Of a stretch of 46,254 nucleotides of DNA, positions 1 through 10,520 are shown in pieces; the first letter of the stretch is position 1; every line of letters starts with the position of its first letter. The notes beneath the pieces were generated by a model. That model saw nothing but the letters and a program-made list of their open reading frames with translations, did not search any database and had not been told where the DNA came from. The stretch comes from Pelomyxa schiedti. Its lineage: Eukaryota; Protista; Evosea. The stretch is taken from contig JAHLWZ010000509.1 of assembly GCA_020536535.1 (NCBI GenBank), positions 1 to 46,254 on the forward strand. Direction: 5' to 3'. A program made the position numbers and the translations under genes.

Positions 1-373
1 AATGCAGAGCTCAACTAATCTCTGGCCTTGACATTATTGACATTCTAGCGGATAGACTCTCTCATGTTGTTAATGACTATGAGCAGCACCAGATGACTGA
101 TGTTCGCGTAAATGCCATTCTTGGTGATTCACGGCAACACCTGCCCACTTATATGCACTGTCATACTGACACAACATTTGATTCCGTTTGGCATGATCTT
201 AGCCTGTTACCCCCACCAAAAGAAGTTTGTTCCCCAGAAAGAACAGTTATCACCATCAATAGGATATGTTCTGTAGACACTCATTTTTCGGCTAGCCACG
301 GTGATGCTCACTTTTTCTATGCAAAAGAGGTGACTACTAAGCACAGAATGATTGTGAAACTTCTTCCCCACTC
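1..373 (+). CDS. Internal fragment of an unidentified gene, cut off by the repeat starting at 374 (last ~35 aa weakly resemble an alpha-kinase N-lobe)
   Basis: Frame 3 is open from base 3 to 373 (CRAQLISGLDIIDILADRL...SASHGDAHFFYAKEVTTKHRMIVKLLPHS). It then runs directly into the antisense strand of the kinase repeat. Confidence 0.3.
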
Positions 374-781
374 GGTGATATGGTCCGTCATACCATGGCA
401 GACCCTGCCGAAAGTCCCTCCCCCTATATCACTTTTCACCACAAGCCCCTTAAATTCCTCCAATCCAGGTGGCCACTTCTCACTTTTGTATAAGCTTTTG
501 TCATCACAGTATGGGAGCCAAGTTTCAGTGTGGGCACTACTGGAAACAATGTCCGATGTAAGTGTGGTTGATGATGATCCAAGTGGTATAAACTCTTCTG
601 CATGCTCCTTTTCTGAGGTGCCCACACTGAAACCTGGCCCCCATACTGTGATAATAAAAATTTATATAAAAGTGAGAAGTGGCCACCTGGATTGGAGGAA
701 TTTAAGGGGCTTGCAGTGAAAAGTGATATAGGAGGAGGGACTTTCAGCAGAGTCTGCCATGGTATGACAGATCATATCACC
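374..781. repeat. Imperfect fold-back: ~164-bp arms (374-537 and 618-781) with an 80-bp spacer
   Basis: ggtgatatggtccgtcataccatggcagac...gtttcagtgtgggcac is the reverse complement, with scattered mismatches, of gtgcccacactgaaac...gtctgccatggtatgacagatcatatcacc. Confidence 0.92.
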
Positions 782-2926
782 CCCTTTTTCTTTTTCTTAC
801 TTGTTTCTTGCTCTTCACCACAGCCAAATTCAACGACACATTGGAAAGCGGTGAAGTTGTTTAAGCTTACTGGTATAACGCCTGCTGGGAAGGAGCAGCT
901 GATGAGAGGCCAAGTACAAGGCTGTGGCACTGAGGAAAGCTATCAGTGAGCACATAATTACATTGGAACGTTTAACCTATTTCTGGTGTCCCATCTCACT
1001 GACCACACATAAACAGGGTTCTCTCCAAAGGTCGTTCACGATGGTGCAGATTGGATTGCTTTGGTGATGCCTGCAATGACCACTGATCTCAGTGTTGTGA
1101 TCCACAGCCCCCAAGACCTTCCGGCAAGTCTGAAGAACTTAATAGTTGAAGGAGGCACAGTTCGGCGTGCAGCAATGATGAAAATCGCGTCTGAACTGGT
1201 AGTACATCCACCCTCTACTTTGTCTCAGCACTCACACTCTCTAAGTTTCTGCTGTATATGTGATGCACAACACTTATCGAATGTTGCATGGGTACTTTAA
1301 GAGCATAATTGTACCCTAAGACCGAACCACTGTCTCTTCGAGCGGATGTGTGAGTCACCCAACTCTCTCTCCCACTCCCACACTTGCGCCAAAACACAAG
1401 AATTGGGTCATTGTTTGAAATTTCTAATGATGTCTCTACATTAACCGGTTAAGTTACACTCTCGGAGTTGCGTTGACGGAGCTATTTTCGAGGGAGGATC
1501 CATACAACAACTGGGACCCAAACGTGGTCAGGACTGCAGTGTGCAACTATAACCTTCGTCCGAGAATTCCTCAGTACATCACGTGCGTTGATGATAGGCA
1601 GATTGAGAGACAAATCAAGACCCCCAGAAAGCTGGTATGTGCTTTATTTCTTGTGAGAGTTGTTGAATAATGACTTCGGGGTTGTTTTTTCTTCTTTTCA
1701 CAACACTCACAAAAACAAAGGTGAAGCTAATATCTTATATGTTGGATCACAATCCCTACAATGTAAGAAGAACTCCTATCATCTCCTTCTTCCATAATAC
1801 TCTCTTCTCTTCTTTTTTCCTGATTGAAAACTTTACTATATACTTTTGGCTTGGGGTGGTCTTCCCTGATGACCCCTTCTCACCCAAACCAACAAAAAAG
1901 AGACCAGATATGGGCTCTGTGCTGAATGTGCTGAAGTGGTTGAGGATAAAAGTGGAGATTCCTGACAAACAGTTGAGGAAATGGTGGTTCACTGAGTGCG
2001 AAGGCTCAGTTTCCGTGAAATGGAAAGTTTTCTTGCAGCACCTCTGTGGAGGACCACAGGGAGCACTAGGAGACCAAAGCAAGAGGCTGTTTTGTTGTAT
2101 GCACACACAAAAACCCAAACCCAACACATGGGGGAACCTTTATATCTCTATTACTTTTTCAAATTACTTTTTACTTACACGCTTCTCTTCTCTTCTTTTG
2201 GCAAAGCAGACCCTGCTGCGGAAGTCACTGCATTGCGGTTCTGGCAAGTGTACCAATGGCTGGGAAATCCCTTGCATGAACCCTCTTTAGTAAGGGTATG
2301 TGTGCCATTCCCCATGTCAATGCATGCAACCAAAATCCCACACTACACACACACAATCTTGATTGATTTTGCACTTGTTGGCCGGTGCAACTCACACACC
2401 TCCCTCTCTTCCCACTCAGATCAACGAATTATGTTCCCAGCCATGGTTTGTTCCATTCGCAACCAATGATGATGCCAAGAGGATTTTGCACCGTGCAAAT
2501 GAGAAAAACTTCATCGTCAGCATAGACACTTCAGAACAGGCGCCGCACTTGGCACTGAGACTACATGTTGTCTTGAACTCGGAGATTAGGACCCAGCAGT
2601 ACGTTCCCATAACTAAACAACGCCACCACCACTAAACAAACAACTACCTTATAGGTTGGTTGCTCGCCGAGGCCCGACCGGTGTGGTGGTATTTGAACAT
2701 CTCGAAACAGAGACGAGAGCCACGTCCGTTGTTGAGCTCATGGAGTGTCTTCGCCGGGCAGGGATTATTGGTACCCCGCTCAACATGAACGTGCCCTGAT
2801 GATGATGATCCTGAACCTACCTTCCTCCTGCCCACCTGTAATGATGATTCCGAACTCATTCAACTCAATTTCGCCTCACGGCAATTGAATAGACTTGGCC
2901 CACCTCTTCTTTCTCCCACCCACTGA
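618..2926 (+). pseudogene. Decayed SH2-domain protein kinase (Dictyostelium Shk-like architecture: TKL kinase, helical linker, SH2)
   Basis: Spliced remnants: IGGGTFSRV (Gly loop), AVKLF, MHNTYRMLHG, ADV..GVALTELFSREDPY..RPRIP, RPDMGSVL, IPDKQLRKWW..VKWKVF, FWQVYQWLGNP, and SH2-like WFVPFATNDDAKRILHRANEKNFIV. Relative to the paralog at 45.1-45.7 kb there is a +1 nt change at ~841 and a -2 nt change at ~906. Subdomains VIb-VIII (DLK, DFG, APE) are absent between 1290 and 1321. Confidence 0.75.
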
Positions 2927-4233
2927 AATGTAACTTACAAATAGGTGTTTAAAAGCAAAATACTCCTTTCTTTTATTTTTCATTCCCTTCCAGAACACAG
3001 TCAGAAAATTTTCGGCATTCACCCAGCGGGGAGGTCTGGCGGAATGTAATGTAGACCCTAGTAAGTATGTGTGGGAAGTATTAAACGAGTTTGAGCTGGC
3101 TGGCTTCAGACACTAGAGATTTGGAGAGTGGGTATGAAGTTGTGTTGCTTGGGGAGGTGCTGGCAATTACCTAGATTGCGGGGTATTCCAGTTATGCGGC
3201 ATCAACAAAGATGGTTTTGACAGAAATGAAATTGTTCTGCTTAAGGTTTTAGTTTGATAGCAAAAGTTGCACAAGAACCAACCTTTTTTTGTTTTTTTTT
3301 TTAAAGGCAAAAAGGCCAGAAACTACAGGTAAATCACTCAGGTTCAACATGCACAATAGTGTGTGCTTCTGAAGATGTTGTTGCAGTAGAAGGCTCAGAA
3401 ATCGAGAACCGTGTTGCGGGCGGTTCATTGGTCATATTGTGATCATCATGGCGGAAGAGGACAAGGTACTTGGAGATTTGAAAGCTCATTCTCAGCATTC
3501 CTTTTTTTTCGTTCCTTGATTTCCTCTGTAGTGACAACTGCAAACAGAGCTTGAGCACTGTTACCGAGAGATGATAATTATTTATTATTGAAAAAAAAAA
3601 CCAAGACGAGTCTTATTTTGCCCCTCCCCGCCACTACCTACATACAGCCGCAGTGTCCCAATTGCAGGTTTTCTGGATCCCTTGTTTTCAGGGGTCTGAG
3701 GCAAGGATTAAAAGCCTTGTGTTTTTTGGTAGTACTCACATCGAGGAGATAAGCATCAAGTTGGTTAGCTGACATTCGTTATCTCTGTCTGGCACTTATA
3801 CCAACGACAGGTCTATTCTGGTGTTGGAGATATGACACACAAATCTAAGAGTATTAGAAAAGTGAACGAAGTGTTGTGCATTAACGGGGAAAGAAAAAAA
3901 AACCTTATGAAGAGGAGGTGTTGTTGAAGCTTCACTCCCAACAAAACCGTTGCCTGATGCATCGCAGGCCTACCACGCCAGTGAAAAATCTTACAACAAG
4001 AAAGTGTCTGCATACTTATGCAGCTGCCATCACCCACCAGCCAAAAAACAGCCACTTTGTGCAAGTGCAAATGGCCTCTCGCTCGCCACGCCACGCCACA
4101 CGCACCGCCACCGCCGCCTTAGAGTGGTGCACCGTTCGTGGCGGTGACAGTGCTCTGTCGCTGGCGGGACGAGTGAGTTTCGCGAAGATTTCCTGGGTTT
4201 TGTTGATGGTCCCCAGTTGTTTGATCCAGTGGA

Positions 4234-5327
4234 TCAAAACCGCCAAGGCCACAGAGGAGACGCAGGGTCTGTGATATTGCGGAGGAAGTTGTTGTAGAGG
4301 CACACGGGGCAGCCGAGGGGGCAGCTTGTTGGGGTTGTGTACTCGGCCGTGATCAGCTGGCACGACACAGGGATGTGTGATGACAGCTTCTCCATGTATG
4401 ATTGCAACTGCGGAATCACCTGTGAAACGTATTGCTTGCGGTTGTAGGTGTGCCCGCACGTGAAGACATAAATGTCCTAAGATATGGCAGTAAGTTGGGG
4501 GGGGAGGGGTGTTAGTGGTGCGGAATTGTTGTGAGGTGTTTGTCGTGGGTGGGTGGGTGTTGGTTCCGGCATATTTTTGTTTTTGGCAAGCACGCACTTT
4601 GGTCGATTGTTCCTGTTGCTGCGTGGGAAGCTCGTAGGTCGTGGATTTCAACGTGAAAGAATCTCGTTTCCCTACGTCCTTGTTGAGATTTCCGAGAAGA
4701 TTGGTCCACAATCCTTTCATAGACAATGTGGCACCTTTTTGGAAAGAGTACACTCATGAGTGACTTGGGATGGAATGTTTAATTAATGTCTCTTATTTGC
4801 CAGCAGTGTAGAGTGAGGAAGGGTAATTTACCCTCGTCAACGGTAGACCGCAGTTTTCCAAAGTAGGCCCTGAGTACATGCAGCAGAATGAACTGAGGGA
4901 ACGAGGTTAACCACTCCAGCGTGGGAAGGTGGGCCTGGCTTGTACTTCTTAAGAGTACAGACAGTGGCACCGACAATTTTTCCGCGTGATTTATAACGAA
5001 ATCTTGAAGTGGACGCAAGGGAAGGTTATTCAAACGCCAGTAGTCAAGAATCTTGTTGGGTTTTTTTGGGGGGGGAGGAAAATAAAAAAAAAAAATGTTA
5101 CCTCGAAAGGTAAAGTAGGAGGAGTGTGAGTTGGGGCGGGCTTACTTCGAATAGCATGTCTTGGCCACCTTCACTGGAGATTAAATTCATGTGTGCAAGA
5201 ACTAGGTTCAGCACCGCATCTGTTTCCTTGATGTCTTTTGATGACAGCAAATTGCGATTGTAAATTTCCTGGCTGTGGTGTAAGTTGGAATTCCAAGTTG
5301 AGAATGGTGCGTGAAACAGGCACCCGA
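4234..5327 (-). CDS. 3' exons of the claret-like RCC1-domain gene whose body lies at 36897-42726
   Basis: Four spliced exons (GCLFHAPF..LLYLS, ILDYWRLNNLPLRPLQDF.., YSFQKGATLSMKGLW.., DIYVFTCGHTY..CPLGCPVCL..WRF*). The first 121 bp are identical to the end of the RCC1 gene at 36897-37017. The C-terminus has a VFTCGH...CPxC zinc-binding-like motif. Confidence 0.7.
5207..5327. repeat. Exact 121-bp direct repeat, copy 1 (copy 2 at 36897-37017)
   Basis: ttcagcaccgcatctg...gaaacaggcacccga is identical at both positions. Confidence 0.95.
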
Positions 5328-6207
5328 CAGACAGCGAGTGTGCGTGCAGAATCATAGAATCATTCGGTTCACTGTGTGTGAGCTGGGAAAAGGTCAAGAA
5401 TGAATTAATGCAATTGCACACAGACAGTACTTGCACCGTGTGTGCACTGGGAAAACAAAGCAGTGATTAATCAGAGGTTTGTCTGCCATAAATCTTGCAA
5501 TGCCTTATTATATTAGTGCCAATTCAGAAACGGTCCGTTTTCCGTACTCTGTAGAAACCAAAGGGATGCAATAGTGAAGTCACGCAGTACGGCCGAAGGG
5601 CTCGCTTGTTGATCATGAGATAGACATACTCAAGCAGGACATTGTGCGTGATTGGCTCGACATTGATTCCATCAGAGCTCCCGCCATTTTGCCCAGTATT
5701 CCGTGTGAAAAACCGGCAGCCGTGGGGTTTTTTCCTCTTTCCGTTCCCGAGTCCACCCTCACACAGCAAGTTGGAGGAGAAATAGTTCCTGCCCATCACT
5801 CTCAAGCGGTTCTTCAACGCAGCACCGACGTGGTACCCTCGTCGTAAACACCGAATGTTCCCGTGGTGGTTCAAGGTCCGCATTGTCAGGACAGTGCTCC
5901 TCCGATGTAACAGCAAGAACCGCTGAACCATCATCACCAAATACGCACCAAAACGGTGGCATTGGGTTCCTTCCTCACTGGATTTGTGCACCACATCCTT
6001 TCGTTCCTTTCTCCTGTTGACTGGTTCTGACTTTTTTTTCCTTCTATTTTTCCTTTGTTGCTGTGGCGCGTTTGTTTTAAATGGCTGCATAAAAAAAACC
6101 AGACCACCGATACGGAGCGACGAGAACGAAAATGACAGCGTTCCGGTCTGTTGATTATTTTATTCATCACGCCTTTAGGTTAACGGTTTTAACGTAAAGT
6201 TTTGGAA

Positions 6208-7283
6208 ATGTCGTTGCAGGTAAGTCTCAACCAACACGCCCAACAATGCGCCGTGTCTATTCTTCCCTAGGGTCCCCTAAAACGCAAACCAACTTAAGGT
6301 TTTTTATTAAGGTTCTGTGCATCAACTTGGATCGTCGGCCCGACCGTTGGGCCAAGATACAATCGGCATTCTCGAGACAGCAGGGCTTCAATCTCACACG
6401 AATTCCCGCGATCGACGGCACGTGCTGCCCGCAGCACATCACTTTCCCCTCCTTCTCCTTCCACTTTGTACCGGCCGATCCGGATAACTCATGCCAAATT
6501 CCAGTCCAGAATCCGGGTCAGAATTCCACCGTCAATTGCTCTGAAAATGGAGGCGGTGAAAGCAGCATTGAGGACGGCAGTGACTTTGAAGAGTGGATCG
6601 CGAGGAATATTCCTGTGGATATTGTCAATGGGACGCATTTGTGTGAGATACTGTCCGGCGGGGGTGATTCTGCATCCAGGGTTTTATTCCGTAACCCCGA
6701 CGACTACGTGAGGGGTCACGGGCCTCGGATTGGAGTCTGGCTGTCTCACGTGAAGGCGTGGATCGAGGCAATCAGGATTCTGCGGAGAAGAAGGGACCCT
6801 GGCGGCACCCCTGCGGCAGTTACACACCGCTGTGTTGTGATAATTGAGGATGATGTGATTGCTCAGCCAAAATTCATGCGGGAGTTTGAGAGAATTCCCG
6901 CTGTGTCAAAGTTGATGTCAAATCCCGAGTCAATTGGCGGAGCGGGCACAAAAATTCCACACACCATTCAACTTGGCTGGTTGAGGTTCCCTGCGGACTT
7001 GGACATGCACCACATCGGAACACATGCCTATTTAATCACATTGGAGGGGGCACAACACCTTCTGAAATTATTCCTATCTGAGGTTAACCTAATTGCTGTC
7101 CTTTGATACGCATAATGGTCACTGCAGGGAATAGTCAGCGCCATTGATTGGCAGACACAGAGCTGGGACAATTCCAGAAAAGCCCGAATTGGGGCAACAA
7201 ACACACAGTTGATAACACAACTCTTCAAACTCTCTGATTCGAATGTAAGCACCCAAGAACAGACACTATTCAATAAGAGCTAA
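6208..7283 (+). CDS. Glycosyltransferase family 25 protein
   Basis: Motifs CINLDRRPDRW, RIPAIDG, IGVWLSHVKAW, IIEDDV, GTHAYLITLEGAQHLL and AIDW. ATG at 6208, introns 6220-6311 and 7083-7127, stop TAA at 7281-7283. Confidence 0.85.
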
Positions 7284-7461
7284 CAATATTCCCCAGATAT
7301 CCCGTTATCGGTCAGCAGCAAAACCTCGGCGCGAAGTCCACCCAACACCCATCTTTGCAACCGACCCTGGTTATCTCGCACACATATGCACACTCGCCAG
7401 AGTGATGTTGGTGGTGTCAACACAACTTCCAGGTGCTCATGCCCCTACATCACGGCTCCTC

Positions 7462-10334
7462 ATGGATTTATTTGATGACCTCTCTTTCTTCAGCAGCTGT
7501 GTTCTTGAACTCACCTCAAAATCGAGTTTGGACTCTACTATGCGGGACCTTTACACGCACCAGGCTTGCGAAGTCGTTTTGTCTGTCAACCAGGATCTCC
7601 TGTTCTCTAATGCCAGGGAATTTATCGATTACCCATTGCCGGCAAAGATACTCACCATTTGCATTTCTATGTTGAGAATTCTGCTGGAATTGACTTGCAA
7701 TCATATCGGCAACTCTTCTGCATTGCAAAGGATCAGAAAGAACAGTTTTCTCGAATCAAGTCAGCCGGAGGCACTATCTTCCGAGACTCCTTTCTTTTTA
7801 TACAGGGCCACCTCCAACGATTTATTTTCCTGGAGTTCATTGGAGTTCACACGTATATTTGGAGACATTTCCTTTAACCAACAATTGGCAATCACCGGGA
7901 TGCAAGCCCACCACACTCACAACTTCGTACTTCTTTGTTGCTCGAGTGCCGGGTCTTGGAGCATATACCATAACGATTTTGCCTCAGCCAGGGAGATTGA
8001 CCCTGACAGAAAGTTTTGGAGAAATGAGGAGCTGCCTAGAGGAATGCAACAAAACACGGGGGTCATTGCTCTCATGGACTGGACATGTGGAACTGTAATT
8101 GCAGCAAGGGAATTCGCTATGCCACAAGGTGTCTGCATCTATAAAGATGCTCTTGTGGTTGCAGAGCGCCGCACTAACAATGTTACCTGCCTCAATCTGT
8201 ACGGAGTAAATAACTTCGTCTTCTCTCATCCAATGCTTGCGAATGTACACAGCATAGAGCGCAACCCATACAGTACCTCTCCGGTGTATTTACTGACTTC
8301 CTCTGATACCGACAGAGTTTTCGAATTTGGAGCTGATGGGCAGGTACTGTGGGAATGGGATGCCTTTGAGCATGGGTTCAACTTCAATGTTACTGGGAAA
8401 GTCTCCAGGCCACCCTACTCTGATTATCGGCCACTGACTTGTCACTCCAATTCTCACGGTGCACACCCAAATTCTGCAGCATACTACGATGTGGACACTG
8501 TGCTTGTAACTCTGTACCATCACGGAACAGTTGTCAAGATAAACAAGCGGAATGGTACATTCACAAGAGCACTTGTAAATTTGCGCACACCTCATTCTAT
8601 CCGCCGTGCTTTAAATCAGTCCACAGAGAGAGTATCTTTTACAGTTGTGGATACACGAGGTAAGCGTGTATTGCTTCTCTCCACAAATCTAGAAATACTG
8701 GATCAAGTTGGTGTTCCAACCTGCGCTTTCTTGCAAGATGCTATTTTGAGTGGAAATAGTCTGTTCTGTTCGCTTAATTTAGACATTAAGCTTCAACTTC
8801 CTATGGATGATAACTTTGTTGCTGAGATAGACATCACTACTAAGCTTCCAATAAGAAAGTATAAGCTAGGTCGCGACACTCACCTGTACAGTGTAACCCC
8901 ACTTTCGTTCTGTGATGCCGCGGCATGGTCTCAGGCGTGGTTATCTGAGCAATTCATTGACCGGCAATTGGCCACCTATAAATTCTACTATAGTGTTGAT
9001 AAAGTGTGGTTTTTGCCACATAAATTTATATCTGTGTACCTTCATGGCTCACGTGTTCGGCACATCTCTTCTGCCGAGAGTGACTGGGACTTTTTCAGTA
9101 TTTGTGAATTTGATACAGAACAGCAACAACCAATTGAGCTTAACCTTCATGACAACGTTTCTCACGTGGACGCTTGTATTATTGATGCAGCTTCCATGAA
9201 AAGACAGCTTGCAGGGCATAATCTCTGGCGTGTTGCTGCAATTTTCTCTCCGGGATCAATGGTATTGAAAGAAGCAGTCTCGTTTAGGGAGCTCTTTACA
9301 GTGGAAAAGGTTGCCCTGTGGAAGGCAGCTCTTTATCACTCCACACTGCATTATCACAAAGCAGCCAAGAAATTTGCACTATCGCCTAGTTGTACAAAAG
9401 AAGCTCTTAAAAAACTGTTCCACGCACTTTTGCTTGTCACATGGGCTCTAGGCATGATCTCCACCTTTGTTTTCTTCTGTATTTCTTATATGCCTCCTTA
9501 GATTGCGCAAAATATGGAAGAGTTGTGGATCAATCTGAAGCCAATCCACTCTGGGAGCAGCTACAGTTGTTCCCTCATGATTCTTGGGCAGAAATACATA
9601 GAATGTTCCTTCCAATTTTTACATCGCAACTTCTTTCTCTGGCCTCAGCTCTTCAGATTAAGCCGACATTTTCCTTGTGTCCCATTCTAGAACCAGGCTC
9701 CAACACCGAGTACTTCTCCACGCAGAGATTAATATGGGACCCTGCTAAGATGGAATTGAATCAACACTCTGCTATCCGCGATATCTTTTTGCCTGGAGAG
9801 GAATTAAAAGTCACTGCACACCGAGAATATTTTCAGCTCTACATGATCAATGACTTCCGGGTTCAAGGAGCAATCATAGATACCTCACAACCAACTTGGC
9901 GATTTGTATCCCTTGGCCGCATAGAACACCGGACCAAACCAGCAACACCAGAAACATCAACTCCAGCACCAACGGCAACAGCGACTCCGGGACTGATGTT
10001 TTATCTGTACCACTATGATGGAAGGTGGAAGCTGGCATCAAGCACGAGGCCAGATAGTGCCGGAATCCTGAGCGAGAGTGAATGTGTAGTTGGTGGTGGA
10101 TTCTCAATGCATGTGTGGTCAAGCTGGTCATTCTTGGGATACCGGCCGCCAACCGGCACACTGCTGTCATACGCGTTCAGCATCACGCAACCGGATGTGG
10201 CGCCGCCCATAATTCGCCTGTGTTCAGTGATGGACCTGGGGAATTTGACCCACGTGGACCAGTTACAAGTGGCTTCCAACCACGGCTGGAACGTGGATTC
10301 CGATCCAGAATCTATCACCTCAGAATCTCACTAA
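7462..10334 (+). CDS. Multidomain protein: beta-propeller + Pol-beta superfamily nucleotidyltransferase (RlaP-like) + degenerate T4 Rnl1-like RNA ligase domain
   Basis: Propeller-like repeats at ~7920-8900 (PQGV, NVHSI, WEWDAFEHG, HPNSA, TPHSI). NTase motif VYLHGSRV-x6-SDWD at 9034-9090, third Asp at 9169, then KKLFHAL..ALDCAKYGRVVD. Ligase-like blocks QGAIIDTSQPTWRFV, LYHYDGRWKLASSTRPDSAG and YRPP..YAFSITQP. One inferred intron at 9452-9501. Confidence 0.7.
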
Positions 10335-10520
10335 CAAAACACCCGGAGCAAGAGTGGTCTCTCTGTGCCATGCCTAGTGTAGACCTCAGTTTCCTTAGAT
10401 CAATCAATAACTTACGAAACTTTTTATGTGACATCGTCTTTTTTTTCTCACTCAGCACTCGTATCCCTTCAAAAATTAACGTTGAAGTGGACTCGGGTTA
10501 CGGAGTTGAGAAGATCTTAG

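Noticed and set aside
93-719. 208-aa ORF as a real gene
   Set aside because: It is chimeric: after base 373 it reads the antisense and off-frame strands of the repeat.
3000-4100. Exon-like minus-strand segments
   Set aside because: Every attempted splice model contains stops, and no product is recognisable.
5524-6090. Arg-rich ORF resembling a mitochondrial presequence protein
   Set aside because: I could not build a consistent spliced model or recognise a domain, and it lies next to a suspect junction.
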